Origin: an uncultured delta proteobacterium
Lineage (GTDB): Bacteria > Desulfobacterota > Binatia > Binatales > Binataceae
Assembly: GCA_963747845.1 (NCBI GenBank)
Contig: CAVVGR010000005.1
Coordinates: forward strand, 3,508-67,507
Length of the DNA stretch: 64,000 bases
Reading direction: 5' to 3'
Below the pieces are notes generated by a model. The model was given only the letters and a program-made list of their open reading frames with translations. It was not told the DNA's origin and searched no databases. This document shows positions 1 to 8,407 of this stretch, one piece after another. The number at the start of each line of letters is the position of its first letter. Position 1 is the stretch's first letter. The position numbers were made by a program, and so were the translations under genes.

Positions 1-2
1 TC

Positions 3-590
3 TTCGCCAAGGGCAACGGCGTGCCGCCGATGTCGATCAAGCAGCTCGCGCCCCGCTTCGGCCGCACGGGCGGACCGATCACCGGCCGCGCCAGCGTGAA
101 CGCGCGCGGCGTCGGACCGGGATTCGCCACGACGCTCGTCGACGTCGAAGTCGATCCCGACACTGGCAAGGTGCAATTGCTGCGATGCACGATCGCGCAG
201 GACGCCGGCAAGGCGATTCATCCGAGCTACGTCGAAGGACAGATGCAGGGCGGCACCGCGCAGGGACTCGGCTGGGCGCTGAACGAAGAATACTTCTACG
301 ACGACAAGGGCACGCTGCGTAACTCCGGATTCCTCGACTACCGGATGCCGACCTGCCTCGACTTGCCGATGATCGAAACCGTGGTCGTCGAGGAAGCGAA
401 CCCCGGCCATCCGCTCGGAGTGCGGGGAGTCGGCGAAGTGTCAATAGTGCCGCCGCCGGCCGCAGTGGCCAATGCTATCTATCGGGCGGTGGGAGTCAGG
501 ATGACGGAGACGCCGATGTCGCCGCCGAAGCTACTGAAGGCAATGATGAAGCATCGCGCCTCAACGCAACATTCTGCCGCGGCGGATTGA
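3..590 (+). CDS. Xanthine dehydrogenase/CO dehydrogenase family molybdopterin-binding subunit, C-terminal part (5' truncated by window)
   Basis: Motifs VEGQMQGGTAQGLG, DYRMPT, GVRGVGE typical of Mo-hydroxylase large subunits; frame open from position 3. Confidence 0.9.
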   Translation, partial: FAKGNGVPPMSIKQLAPRFGRTGGPITGRASVNARGVGPGFATTLVDVEVDPDTGKVQLLRCTIAQDAGKAIHPSYVEGQMQGGTAQGLGWALNEEYFYDDKGTLRNSGFLDYRMPTCLDLPMIETVVVEEANPGHPLGVRGVGEVSIVPPPAAVANAIYRAVGVRMTETPMSPPKLLKAMMKHRASTQHSAAAD

Positions 591-603
591 TCAAGAGTGA
601 TCG

Positions 604-640
604 AAGGGGGCGGGCGTCATGCTCGCCCCTTTTTGTTTTT
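604..640 (+). terminator. Intrinsic terminator-like hairpin
   Basis: AAGGGGGCGGGC-GTCAT-GCTCGCCCCTTT stem followed by TTTGTTTTT. Confidence 0.7.
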
Positions 641-643
641 GCA

Positions 644-907
644 ATGCCCACAGTTGTGATTCCCGCGCTCCTGCGCAAATTCACGGAAGGCCTTGAGCGC
701 GTTGAGGTTCCGGGCAGATCGATTCGCGAATTAGTTCGAAATCTCGGCGAGCGGTTTCCAGGAATTGACCAGCAGTTGATCGAGGACGGCGATATTCGGC
801 CGTCGATCGCAGTCTCAATCGACGGCGAAATTGCCACCGGTGGCGTGCTCGACGCAGTTAGCGAGAACAGCGAAGTGCATTTCATCCCGGCTCTAGGCGG
901 CGGTTAG
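644..907 (+). CDS. MoaD/ThiS-family ubiquitin-like sulfur carrier protein (alternative TTG start at 587)
   Basis: MPTVVIPALLR... ending EVHFIPALGGG with C-terminal Gly-Gly; follows a Mo-enzyme gene. Confidence 0.85.
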   Translation: MPTVVIPALLRKFTEGLERVEVPGRSIRELVRNLGERFPGIDQQLIEDGDIRPSIAVSIDGEIATGGVLDAVSENSEVHFIPALGGG

Positions 908-933
908 ACGCGCTCAGACAACGACCAAATTTA

Positions 934-951
934 GTATTCAGTTATGAATAC
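934..951. promoter_or_regulatory. Perfect palindrome, candidate transcription-factor operator
   Basis: GTATTCA-GTTA-TGAATAC, just upstream of a sigma70-like promoter. Confidence 0.45.
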
Positions 952-968
952 AAACCGCCAAATTGTTC

Positions 969-996
969 TTGCAACATGCACGCACATAAGTACAAT
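969..996 (+). promoter_or_regulatory. sigma70-like promoter
   Basis: TTGCAA-N16-TACAAT in an AT-rich intergenic region; predicted start near 1003. Confidence 0.55.
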
Positions 997-1002
997 ACGC
1001 TT

Positions 1003-1075
1003 GCTGGCCGGGGTTTGCCCCCCTTTTCCCGGTTGGCTACGGGCCGGGCGGAGCAATCTGCCTGGCCCTTATCAT
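1003..1075 (+). ncRNA. Candidate small RNA with two hairpins
   Basis: Hairpin 1 (1003-1037) has a C-rich loop; hairpin 2 (1041-1068) has a GCAA tetraloop and a U-rich tail; G-U pairs work only on the + strand; promoter directly upstream; no + strand gene until 1799. Confidence 0.5.
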
Positions 1076-1150
1076 TTGCAGCTTGGCGTTATCAGTCGAT
1101 GCCTTAGGCTTCGCTAACACACATCGTCAGTCCGAAATTAACCTGAGTTT

Positions 1151-1190
1151 AATAAACGGCGGCCGCGCACTCGGTGCACGCAGCCGCCGC
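1151..1190 (-). terminator. Terminator of the USP gene
   Basis: GC hairpin (GGCGGC...GCCGCC) followed on the - strand by GTTTATT. Confidence 0.55.
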
Positions 1191-1208
1191 GATTGAGGTG
1201 TCCGCTGG

Positions 1209-1676
1209 CTAGGGTTTGGTGCGAGGACGGAAGACCAGCACCGAGCACGGCGCATTGCGCACCACTTTCTCGGTAACGCTCCCGACGAGTATATGATCGC
1301 CGCCGGTCCGCCCGTGCGTCGACATGACGATCAGATCGATCTCCTGCTCCTTGGCGTAATCGACGAGTTTCTGCACCGGAGCACCGACCACGGCGAAGGT
1401 GAAGACCTTTTTCGAATCGGCGAAGTCATCCTTCTTGATGCGCGCGAGTTCCTCTTCGGCCTGTTCGATCATCGCGGCCTCACGCACCAGCTCGCGGCTC
1501 TCCTCGGCGTTGGTCGCCAGGGGTAGCGGAATGAAATGATGATGCGGCGCGATGACGTGCATCAGGTGAACTTCGGCGCCGACATCTTTCGCCAGTTCCA
1601 TCGCACCCCGCATCGCTTCCATCGAGTGTGTGGAAAAATCGATCGGAGCGAGAATCTTTTTGACGTTCTGAATCAT
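1209..1676 (-). CDS. Universal stress protein (UspA family)
   Basis: KILAPIDFS and DLIVMSTHGRTG...GSVTEKVVRNAPCSVLV motifs; GGAGG RBS before ATG 1676. Confidence 0.92.
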   Translation of the reverse strand: MIQNVKKILAPIDFSTHSMEAMRGAMELAKDVGAEVHLMHVIAPHHHFIPLPLATNAEESRELVREAAMIEQAEEELARIKKDDFADSKKVFTFAVVGAPVQKLVDYAKEQEIDLIVMSTHGRTGGDHILVGSVTEKVVRNAPCSVLVFRPRTKP

Positions 1677-1798
1677 AGGAGCCTCCAGGTACCCGACTCT
1701 GGAATTACCACGCGCTTCGCCGCCTCTGCAAACCCGCACCGCTCTATGCCATTATCCCGGCAAATCGTCGCCGCTGTCGACGTTAAAAGGGAACCCAA

Positions 1799-2854
1799 AT
1801 GAGAGGAACTGTCTTCCACGGACCCCATGATGTGCGCGTCGAGCGGGTCGACGACCCCGCGCTCAAGACTCCCACCGACGCGCTGGTGCGAATCACGCGC
1901 GCAGCGATTTGCGGCTCCGACCTGCATTTCTACCACGGCGCATTTCCGATCGCGCCGGGCTTCGTGCTCGGCCACGAGGGCGTCGGCGTTATCGAGGAAG
2001 TCGGCGCCGGCGTCGAGCGGTTGAAGAAAGGAGACCGCGTCGTCGTCTCCGGCCTGGTCGCATGCGGCGGATGTTTTTTCTGCCGGCGCGATCAGCCCTC
2101 GCAATGCGCCGAGAGCGGCGCCGCAATCTTCGGCTACGGCTCATTCTCCGCGGGCAAACTGGGATGGCTGGGCGGCGAGCAATCGGAAGCGGTGCGCGTG
2201 CCGATGGCCGACTACACCTGCTACCGGTTGTCCGAAGCGATCGACGATGACGCCGCAATCTTCCTCGCGGACATTCTGCCAACCAGTTTCTTCGGCGCGA
2301 CCAACGGCAACATCCGGCCGGGCGACACGGTAGCGGTTTTCGGATGCGGTCCGGTCGGCCTATGCGCCGTGATGAGCGCGAAACTGTTCGGCCCCGCCGA
2401 AGTGATCGCCGTCGACAGCATCCCGTACCGCCTCGAGCTCGCGCGCAAGCTGGGCGCCACGCCGGTGAACACCGAAAACGCGCAGCAAACGATCCTCGAT
2501 CGCACGGAAGGGCGCGGCGCCGACGTGACGATCGAGGCGGTCGGCAACGAAGGCGCGCTGACGGCGGCAATAATGGCAGCCCGCGGCGGCGGCACAGTGT
2601 CGGTCATAGGAGTGTTCGCCGCGCAGTCGTACAATTTTCCGATCGGCTACGCCTTCGGCCGCGACCTGACATTCCGAATCGGCCTCGCCAACATCAACGC
2701 CCACATCCCGGAACTGGCCCGCCTGATAGAAAAGGGCACGCTCGACCCGCGCCCGCTGATAAGCCACGTAATGCCGCTGGACGACGTCGCCAAAGGCTAC
2801 GAAATCTTCAACGCAAGAAAAGACAACGTAATGAAGGTCCTGCTGAAACCGTGA
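1799..2854 (+). CDS. Zn-dependent alcohol dehydrogenase (MDR, glutathione-independent FDH-like subgroup)
   Basis: ICGSDLH, GHE, CGGCFFC-x7-C, LADILPT (Asp ligand), GCGPVG. Confidence 0.9.
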   Translation: MRGTVFHGPHDVRVERVDDPALKTPTDALVRITRAAICGSDLHFYHGAFPIAPGFVLGHEGVGVIEEVGAGVERLKKGDRVVVSGLVACGGCFFCRRDQPSQCAESGAAIFGYGSFSAGKLGWLGGEQSEAVRVPMADYTCYRLSEAIDDDAAIFLADILPTSFFGATNGNIRPGDTVAVFGCGPVGLCAVMSAKLFGPAEVIAVDSIPYRLELARKLGATPVNTENAQQTILDRTEGRGADVTIEAVGNEGALTAAIMAARGGGTVSVIGVFAAQSYNFPIGYAFGRDLTFRIGLANINAHIPELARLIEKGTLDPRPLISHVMPLDDVAKGYEIFNARKDNVMKVLLKP

Positions 2855-2909
2855 AAGCGCGCGGATGGCGAGTGCGTGATATTTTAAACAACAATCGAGG
2901 TTTACTGAC

Positions 2910-3719
2910 ATGGCGGAAAATCCAATTACGGTTCGAGTCGAAGGTGAGATCGCGTACATCGCGCTCAACCGGCCTGAAAAGCGCAACGCGATTAACCAGG
3001 CGATGCTCCGCGCGATTCCCGAGGCGATCGACGAGGTCGATCGTCCCGACGTGCGCGCGATTATCATCTATGGCGAAGGACAGGCGTTCTCGGCGGGCAT
3101 CGATTTCAGCTCGCTCGCCAACGACACCGGCGCGCAGGGCGGTCACGGCGGCGGTCCCGACATTCAGCGCTTTCGCCGCTTCGTTGCGGAGTCGCAAGGC
3201 TCGCTGAACCGAATCGAGAGTATTGAGAAGCCGGTCATCGGCGCGCTGCATGGCTTCGTCGGCGGACTCGGCCTCGAGCTGGCGCTCGCGTGCGACGCGA
3301 GAATCGCGTCGGTCGGCGCGCGGCTCGGGATGCCGGAAGTGCGCGTCGGCCTGGTGCCCGACGTCGGCGGCACGACGCGGCTCACGCGCACGGTCGGCTA
3401 CGCGCGATCGAAGGAACTGATCATGACCGCGCGCATGATCGAGGCAGCGGACGCTGAAAAGATCGGGCTGGTGAATCGCGTCGTCGCCGAAGGTGCGCAT
3501 CTGGCCGCGGCCGAGGAGCTCGCGCGCGAGATGGCGCGCAACGCCCCGCTCGCGGTCGGGCTCGCGAAGCGGATCATCGACAAGGGCTACGGCCTCGACA
3601 AGATGACGTTCCAGGAACTCGAGGTGCTCGCGCAGAGCTCGCTTCTCGTCACCGAGGATTTTCGCGAAGGCGCTACTGCGTTGGCGCAGCGGCGCGAGCC
3701 GCGCTTCAAGGGGCGTTGA
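2910..3719 (+). CDS. Enoyl-CoA hydratase/isomerase family protein
   Basis: LNRPEKRNA, FSAGID, GLGLELALACD, PEVRVGLVP. Confidence 0.92.
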   Translation: MAENPITVRVEGEIAYIALNRPEKRNAINQAMLRAIPEAIDEVDRPDVRAIIIYGEGQAFSAGIDFSSLANDTGAQGGHGGGPDIQRFRRFVAESQGSLNRIESIEKPVIGALHGFVGGLGLELALACDARIASVGARLGMPEVRVGLVPDVGGTTRLTRTVGYARSKELIMTARMIEAADAEKIGLVNRVVAEGAHLAAAEELAREMARNAPLAVGLAKRIIDKGYGLDKMTFQELEVLAQSSLLVTEDFREGATALAQRREPRFKGR

Positions 3720-4647
3720 GGCGAATCTCGAAGCCCGCCTCGAAAGTCTGACCGGGCGCGAGCTCGCGCATTCCCGCCGCGACGCCGCGCGCCGCGAGAT
3801 TGAAGGCGTCAGGCGCGCAGGTGTAGGGCTCGAGCGCGACGACGGCGTTATCCGGCGGAGCGTAGACGACGAAGTCGCCGAATGCGGGATCGGCGCGAAC
3901 CTCGAGCGCGATTTTCAGCGACGGATCGATGAGCCGTGCGCGCGGCGGCCGGCTCATCGCTCGGCGAGTCCGGCGCCATGCGGAATGCGTCGTCGTAAGT
4001 ATCTGCTCCCAGAGCGGACGCGGCTTGCGAAGATCGTACTTGCCAGTCAGCGACTCGGTACTGCCCGTCGGTATGAGGCTCGCGTCGAGCGCCCAGCGCG
4101 CGTCGGCGTCGAGCTGAACCAGCATCGCGTCGCGCTTACCTGCAGGATTGAGCGGCGCGTGAAAGTAAGGATGCGCGCCAAATCCGAACGGCATTACCGA
4201 GTCGCCGGTATTGGTAACGCGGGCTTTCAATCTCAGTCCATTACCTACTTCGTAGTCTATTTCGAGCGTGAACGGCCACGGCCAGATCGAACTGAGATCC
4301 GAATAGTCAGAAGAATCGAGAATCGACGTGACGAAGTAGGGTCCGCGGCGCGTCACGCGAAAGGCGCGTTCGCTTGCGAAGCCGTGAATCGAGTTCCCGC
4401 GCGCCGGCTCATTCACCGGCACCCTGTATTCGCGGCCCTTGAACGTGAAGCGGGCGCCGGCCACGCGGCCCGGCCACGGGAAGAGTATCGGTATGCCGCC
4501 GCGATGCGGATGCTCGCGCCATGAGTCGGGATTGGCGGGGCCTGCGATAACCTCGAGCGCGCCCGCGCGGTAGCTGAGGCATTGGCAACCGGCGCCGGGA
4601 ACAATCACGGCGCGTTCACTCTGCGCCTCAAGCGTTACTAGTTCCAC
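3706..4647 (-). CDS. Aldose 1-epimerase family protein
   Basis: ILFPWPGRV, NSIHGF, FGFGAHPYF, VALEPYT; a short compensated frameshift near 3950-4010 is likely. Confidence 0.85.
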   Translation of the reverse strand: MELVTLEAQSERAVIVPGAGCQCLSYRAGALEVIAGPANPDSWREHPHRGGIPILFPWPGRVAGARFTFKGREYRVPVNEPARGNSIHGFASERAFRVTRRGPYFVTSILDSSDYSDLSSIWPWPFTLEIDYEVGNGLRLKARVTNTGDSVMPFGFGAHPYFHAPLNPAGKRDAMLVQLDADARWALDASLIPTGSTESLTGKYDLRKPRPLWEQILTTTHSAWRRTRRAMSRPPRARLIDPSLKIALEVRADPAFGDFVVYAPPDNAVVALEPYTCAPDAFNLAARGVAAGMRELAPGQTFEAGFEIRLNAP

Positions 4648-4790
4648 GGTGATAGTTGAGTCCGAGGAGCGTTTATCCGGGAAGATTTACCCCGAGAAAG
4701 GGGTGTCCATTCGAGTGGATTGACTATATTTTGCTGCGCGGCGAAAAATACAAACTACAATCGCGCACTATCCGGAAATGCTGGAACTGA

Positions 4791-5093
4791 CTAGTGGTCG
4801 CGTCCCCCGCGGCGTTCGCCGCCACCACCTCCGCCGCCTCCGCCACTGCGCGCCTGCGCTTCGTTGACGCGAATCGGACGGCCTTTGATGTCGCGGCCGT
4901 TCAGTTTCTTGATTGCGCCTTCGGCTGCGTCATCGGTCGCCATCTCGACGAAACCGAATCCCCGCGAGCGGTTGGTGGCGCGGTCGATGATGACTTGCGA
5001 GCTGTCCACCTTTCCTGCTTCTGAAAATACGTCGAGCAGATCCTGGTCGGTCACAGTCCAAGCCAGATTCCCAACATACAGTCTGCGGCCCAT
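4791..5093 (-). CDS. RRM RNA-binding protein with Gly-rich tail
   Basis: RNP2 LYVGNL, RNP1 RGFGFVEM, GGGGGGGGGERRGG tail. Confidence 0.95.
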   Translation of the reverse strand: MGRRLYVGNLAWTVTDQDLLDVFSEAGKVDSSQVIIDRATNRSRGFGFVEMATDDAAEGAIKKLNGRDIKGRPIRVNEAQARSGGGGGGGGGERRGGRDH

Positions 5094-5894
5094 TACTCTC
5101 TCCTCGCGCGCGACCCGGTTCTCTACCCCCAGCGTGCTGCGCCGGCACCAATACCTGGAGCGCGCATCTAGTCCAAATTCCGGAATGCTTATAGCATCGC
5201 GCCAAACTCAAACATAGCCTCCTACCCTCCGCTTCCGACTTTTATCTACTGATTTGCCCCGATAACTATGGGCCTACACGGTAGGGCCTAGAAGCGCAAA
5301 TGATAGGTGACCGCGACTCGAAATAAGGTGATAAGAGAAGCGTCTTTGCTCGTTCAAACCACCAACAAATCGGCGAGATAGCTTATGACCGCCAAAGCGG
5401 TCGAGTATTTATGCGTGGTTTTAGGCGCGATATAGCTCCAGGCCACTTCTAAAATAGTTATATCGAGCAGAGGATGCGGAACGGCGATGGCTTTCGCCTC
5501 GGTTGCAAGAGCGGCAGGCGAAGGCGCCTGCAGGGCAGTCAAGCTGCGGCGATCGATTCGGATGGGACGTAGCAAGTCCGAATTCCAACCGTTCACGAGT
5601 ATAAGTGTTCCGACGATAGCATGAAGATTCGCCATTTCTGGTCGATGTAACTATTCGCAGGATCGGTGCGGCGCGAGGCAGAGTAGTCTGATGATAACGA
5701 GCGAGGGCTGGTTACGGATTATTCATCCGCTATCGAAACACTAAAGGAAAGAGCAATTCATATTACCTAACGGCTATATCCACTTGGATGATGTTGATAA
5801 TCGACAAAATGACTTTGATACTTGTGGAAGTAGGTTTGATTGTGTACATTCAAAATTGATTTGTATTGACCAGTTCCTGAAAGGAGATAGTTAA

Positions 5895-6284
5895 ATGCCT
5901 CGCAAGAAAGTCTCTCGCGGAGCCGCGTCTGCGTTCCAACAAGTACAGCGACAAGCGCGCACCTTGTTAGTCAATCTGCGCAAGGACATTCGGGCAAAGG
6001 AATCGATACTCAGTAAACTCAAGGAAGAGGAAGAGCGGCTGGGCGCGTTGATCGGCAACGGCGGTGGCGGCGTTGCGGCTAAAGCTGTGAGCAGCGGTCC
6101 GCGCGGACGGGTCAACTGGCGCAACGTGCTAATCGCACTTCCCAAGCAGTTCAAGGCGGCTGACGTGCGCAACGTGCGGGGACTCAAGGGCAAGCGGCCG
6201 TCGGAAATTTTCGCGGCGATCACGCGCTGGATAGACGCCGGCGCTGCAAAACGCAAAGCGCGCGGAGTATACGAGAGAGTATAG
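5895..6284 (+). CDS. Small basic hypothetical protein, predicted coiled coil + winged helix (candidate nucleoid-associated protein)
   Basis: AAGGAG RBS, own terminator, K/R-rich, heptad-like N-terminus, Gly/Ala linker, C-terminal KRKARGVYE wing-like motif. Confidence 0.75.
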   Translation: MPRKKVSRGAASAFQQVQRQARTLLVNLRKDIRAKESILSKLKEEEERLGALIGNGGGGVAAKAVSSGPRGRVNWRNVLIALPKQFKAADVRNVRGLKGKRPSEIFAAITRWIDAGAAKRKARGVYERV

Positions 6285-6339
6285 TCAAAGCTGCGCGCGA
6301 ATTGGCCGCATACGCCATCGCGCCAGGAGATTCGAATTG

Positions 6340-6374
6340 AACGGCGCCGCGAATGATCAGCGGCGCCGTTTTCC
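6340..6374 (+). terminator. Intrinsic terminator
   Basis: AACGGCGCCGC-N9-GCGGCGCCGTT followed by TTCC. Confidence 0.7.
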
Positions 6375-6441
6375 ATTGCCCGGGTCAGCTTAAGTTCTAT
6401 AAGCTTTGAAATCTCATTTGCGTGCGAGAGAGACTGACTAG

Positions 6442-7473
6442 ATGGCTGTGATGACTATTGAATGGCGGGCCGATACGGTCCGCATGATCGATCAGCGCCT
6501 GCTGCCCGCGCGCGAAGTGATTCGCACCTATCGCGACTACCGGGGCGTCGCGGAGGCGATTCGCACGATGGTCATTCGGGGCGCACCTGCGATAGGCGTC
6601 GCGGCCGCGATGGGCGTCGCGCTCGGCATCAGAGGCACAGCAGGCGCCAAAGCACAAAAACGCTTCAAGGTGGTCGCGAAGGCTCTCAAAGCCACCCGGC
6701 CGACCGCGGTGAACCTGGCATGGGCGGTGGATCGAATGGGCGCCGTCCTCGACGGCAGCGTTTCGCTCGACGCAGCGAACCTTTTTCACCGCATGCGCGC
6801 CGAAGCGATCGCGATCTACACGGAAGACGTGGCCGCTAATCGAGCGATGGGAAAATTCGGCGCCGAACTCATCAGCAACCCGGCAACCGTGCTAACGCAT
6901 TGTAACGCGGGCGCGCTCGCGACCGCGGGATACGGCACCGCGCTCGGAGTGATCCGGGCCGCGCGGGATGCGGGTAAAAAGATCCGGGTGTTCGCCGATG
7001 AGACGCGCCCATTCCTGCAGGGTTCGCGCCTGACTGCGTGGGAACTTCACAAAGATCGGATACCGGTGACGGTGATCGCGGACAATATGGCGGCGACGGT
7101 GCTCTCGCAGAACAAAGTCAGTTGCGTGGTGGTGGGCACCGATCGCACAGCAGCTAACGGCGACGTCGCGAACAAAATCGGAACTTACCCGCTGGCGGTG
7201 ATGGCGCGGCGGCACGGCGTACCGTTTTACGTTGCGGCGCCGTTGTCATCGATCGACCTCGACTGTCCCGACGGTGCGTCGATCCCGATCGAGGAGCGCT
7301 CGGGTCGCGAGCTCACCGAGTATGCCGGCAAACAGATCGCACCCAAGGGCGTCAGCACGTTCAACCCCGCGTTCGACGTCACCCCGGCCGAGCTGGTGAC
7401 CGCAATCATCACCGAACGCGGCGTAGCATATCCGCCATATAGCGAAAGTTTGCGCAGGTTAAAAATGGGATGA
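6442..7473 (+). CDS. mtnA: S-methyl-5-thioribose-1-phosphate isomerase
   Basis: DQRLLP, IRGAPAIG, RPTAVNL, LTHCNAGALATAGYGTALG, ETRPFLQG, ANKIGTY. Confidence 0.95.
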   Translation: MAVMTIEWRADTVRMIDQRLLPAREVIRTYRDYRGVAEAIRTMVIRGAPAIGVAAAMGVALGIRGTAGAKAQKRFKVVAKALKATRPTAVNLAWAVDRMGAVLDGSVSLDAANLFHRMRAEAIAIYTEDVAANRAMGKFGAELISNPATVLTHCNAGALATAGYGTALGVIRAARDAGKKIRVFADETRPFLQGSRLTAWELHKDRIPVTVIADNMAATVLSQNKVSCVVVGTDRTAANGDVANKIGTYPLAVMARRHGVPFYVAAPLSSIDLDCPDGASIPIEERSGRELTEYAGKQIAPKGVSTFNPAFDVTPAELVTAIITERGVAYPPYSESLRRLKMG

Positions 7474-7594
7474 CGATTAGCCTGTTCGAACTATACGTTC
7501 GGCGATGTGAATGACTATTACGGTTCGGCGATTGCCTGGAGGTAATGACTATTGACGCTTCATCTTCGACGGTCTGAGTGCTTACGTTCAACGG

Positions 7595-8407
7595 TCACGC
7601 GCGATGTCCGACCTTTTGCGCGATCCCGTCACCCAGCAGGTTAAAGCCGAGAATCGAGAGACCGATCGCTAGACCGGGCGCAGTCGTAAGATGCGGCGCT
7701 ACGAGCAGGAAGGCGCGGCCGGCGTCGAGCATGTTGCCCCAGCTGGGCGTCGGGGGCAACGCGCCGAGGCCGAGGAATGAAAGCGCCGCTTCAGCACCGA
7801 TGATTCCGCCGATGCCGAACGTCGCTTGCACGGCGAGCGGTCCGACCGCGCCCGGCAACAAATGGCGGATGAGCAGGCGCGATCGGCTGGCGCCCAGGCT
7901 CTCGGCAGCGAGAACGTAGTCGCGCTCTCGAAGGGTCAGCACTTCTCCCCGCACGATTCGCGCATAGCCGGTCCATCCCATGGCAGTCAGGGCGATCGCG
8001 AGATCAACCAGGCCGGGTCCCAAAATCGCGGCTAGGGCGATCGCGAGCAGAATTCCGGGGAAAGCGAGCACGATATCGACGCCGCGCATTATGAGGTTGT
8101 CGACTCGACCTCCTGAGAGTGCGGCGGTTGCGCCGATCAGGCTTCCAACGGCCAGCGAGATCGCGACGACGACGATGGAAATCGACAGCGAGAGCCGCGC
8201 GCCCCACAGGATGCGGGCGAGCACGTCGCGGCCGAGCGCGTCGCAGCCAAATGGATGAGCGCGGCTGGGACCCGCAAGAACATTAGCCAGATCGATCGAC
8301 AAAGGATCGGCGCGAAACAGTATCGGTCCGAGGCTGGCACCGAGCACGATAGCTACAACGATACTCACTCCAATAGCCAGTGAAGGATTGCGGACGCGCA
8401 CGATCAT
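7595..8407 (-). CDS. Peptide/nickel ABC transporter permease (DppC-like)
   Basis: HPFGCDALGRDVL, EAALSFLGLG, PSWG motifs. Confidence 0.92.
   Translation of the reverse strand: MIVRVRNPSLAIGVSIVVAIVLGASLGPILFRADPLSIDLANVLAGPSRAHPFGCDALGRDVLARILWGARLSLSISIVVVAISLAVGSLIGATAALSGGRVDNLIMRGVDIVLAFPGILLAIALAAILGPGLVDLAIALTAMGWTGYARIVRGEVLTLRERDYVLAAESLGASRSRLLIRHLLPGAVGPLAVQATFGIGGIIGAEAALSFLGLGALPPTPSWGNMLDAGRAFLLVAPHLTTAPGLAIGLSILGFNLLGDGIAQKVGHRA

Noticed and set aside
5190-5225. Tiny ORF MFEFGAML upstream of the RRM gene behind AGGAGG
   Set aside because: SD-to-start spacing is only about 2 nt; unsupported.
5354-5635. 93-aa minus-strand ORF in the AT-rich gap
   Set aside because: No RBS, no recognisable motif and atypical codon usage.
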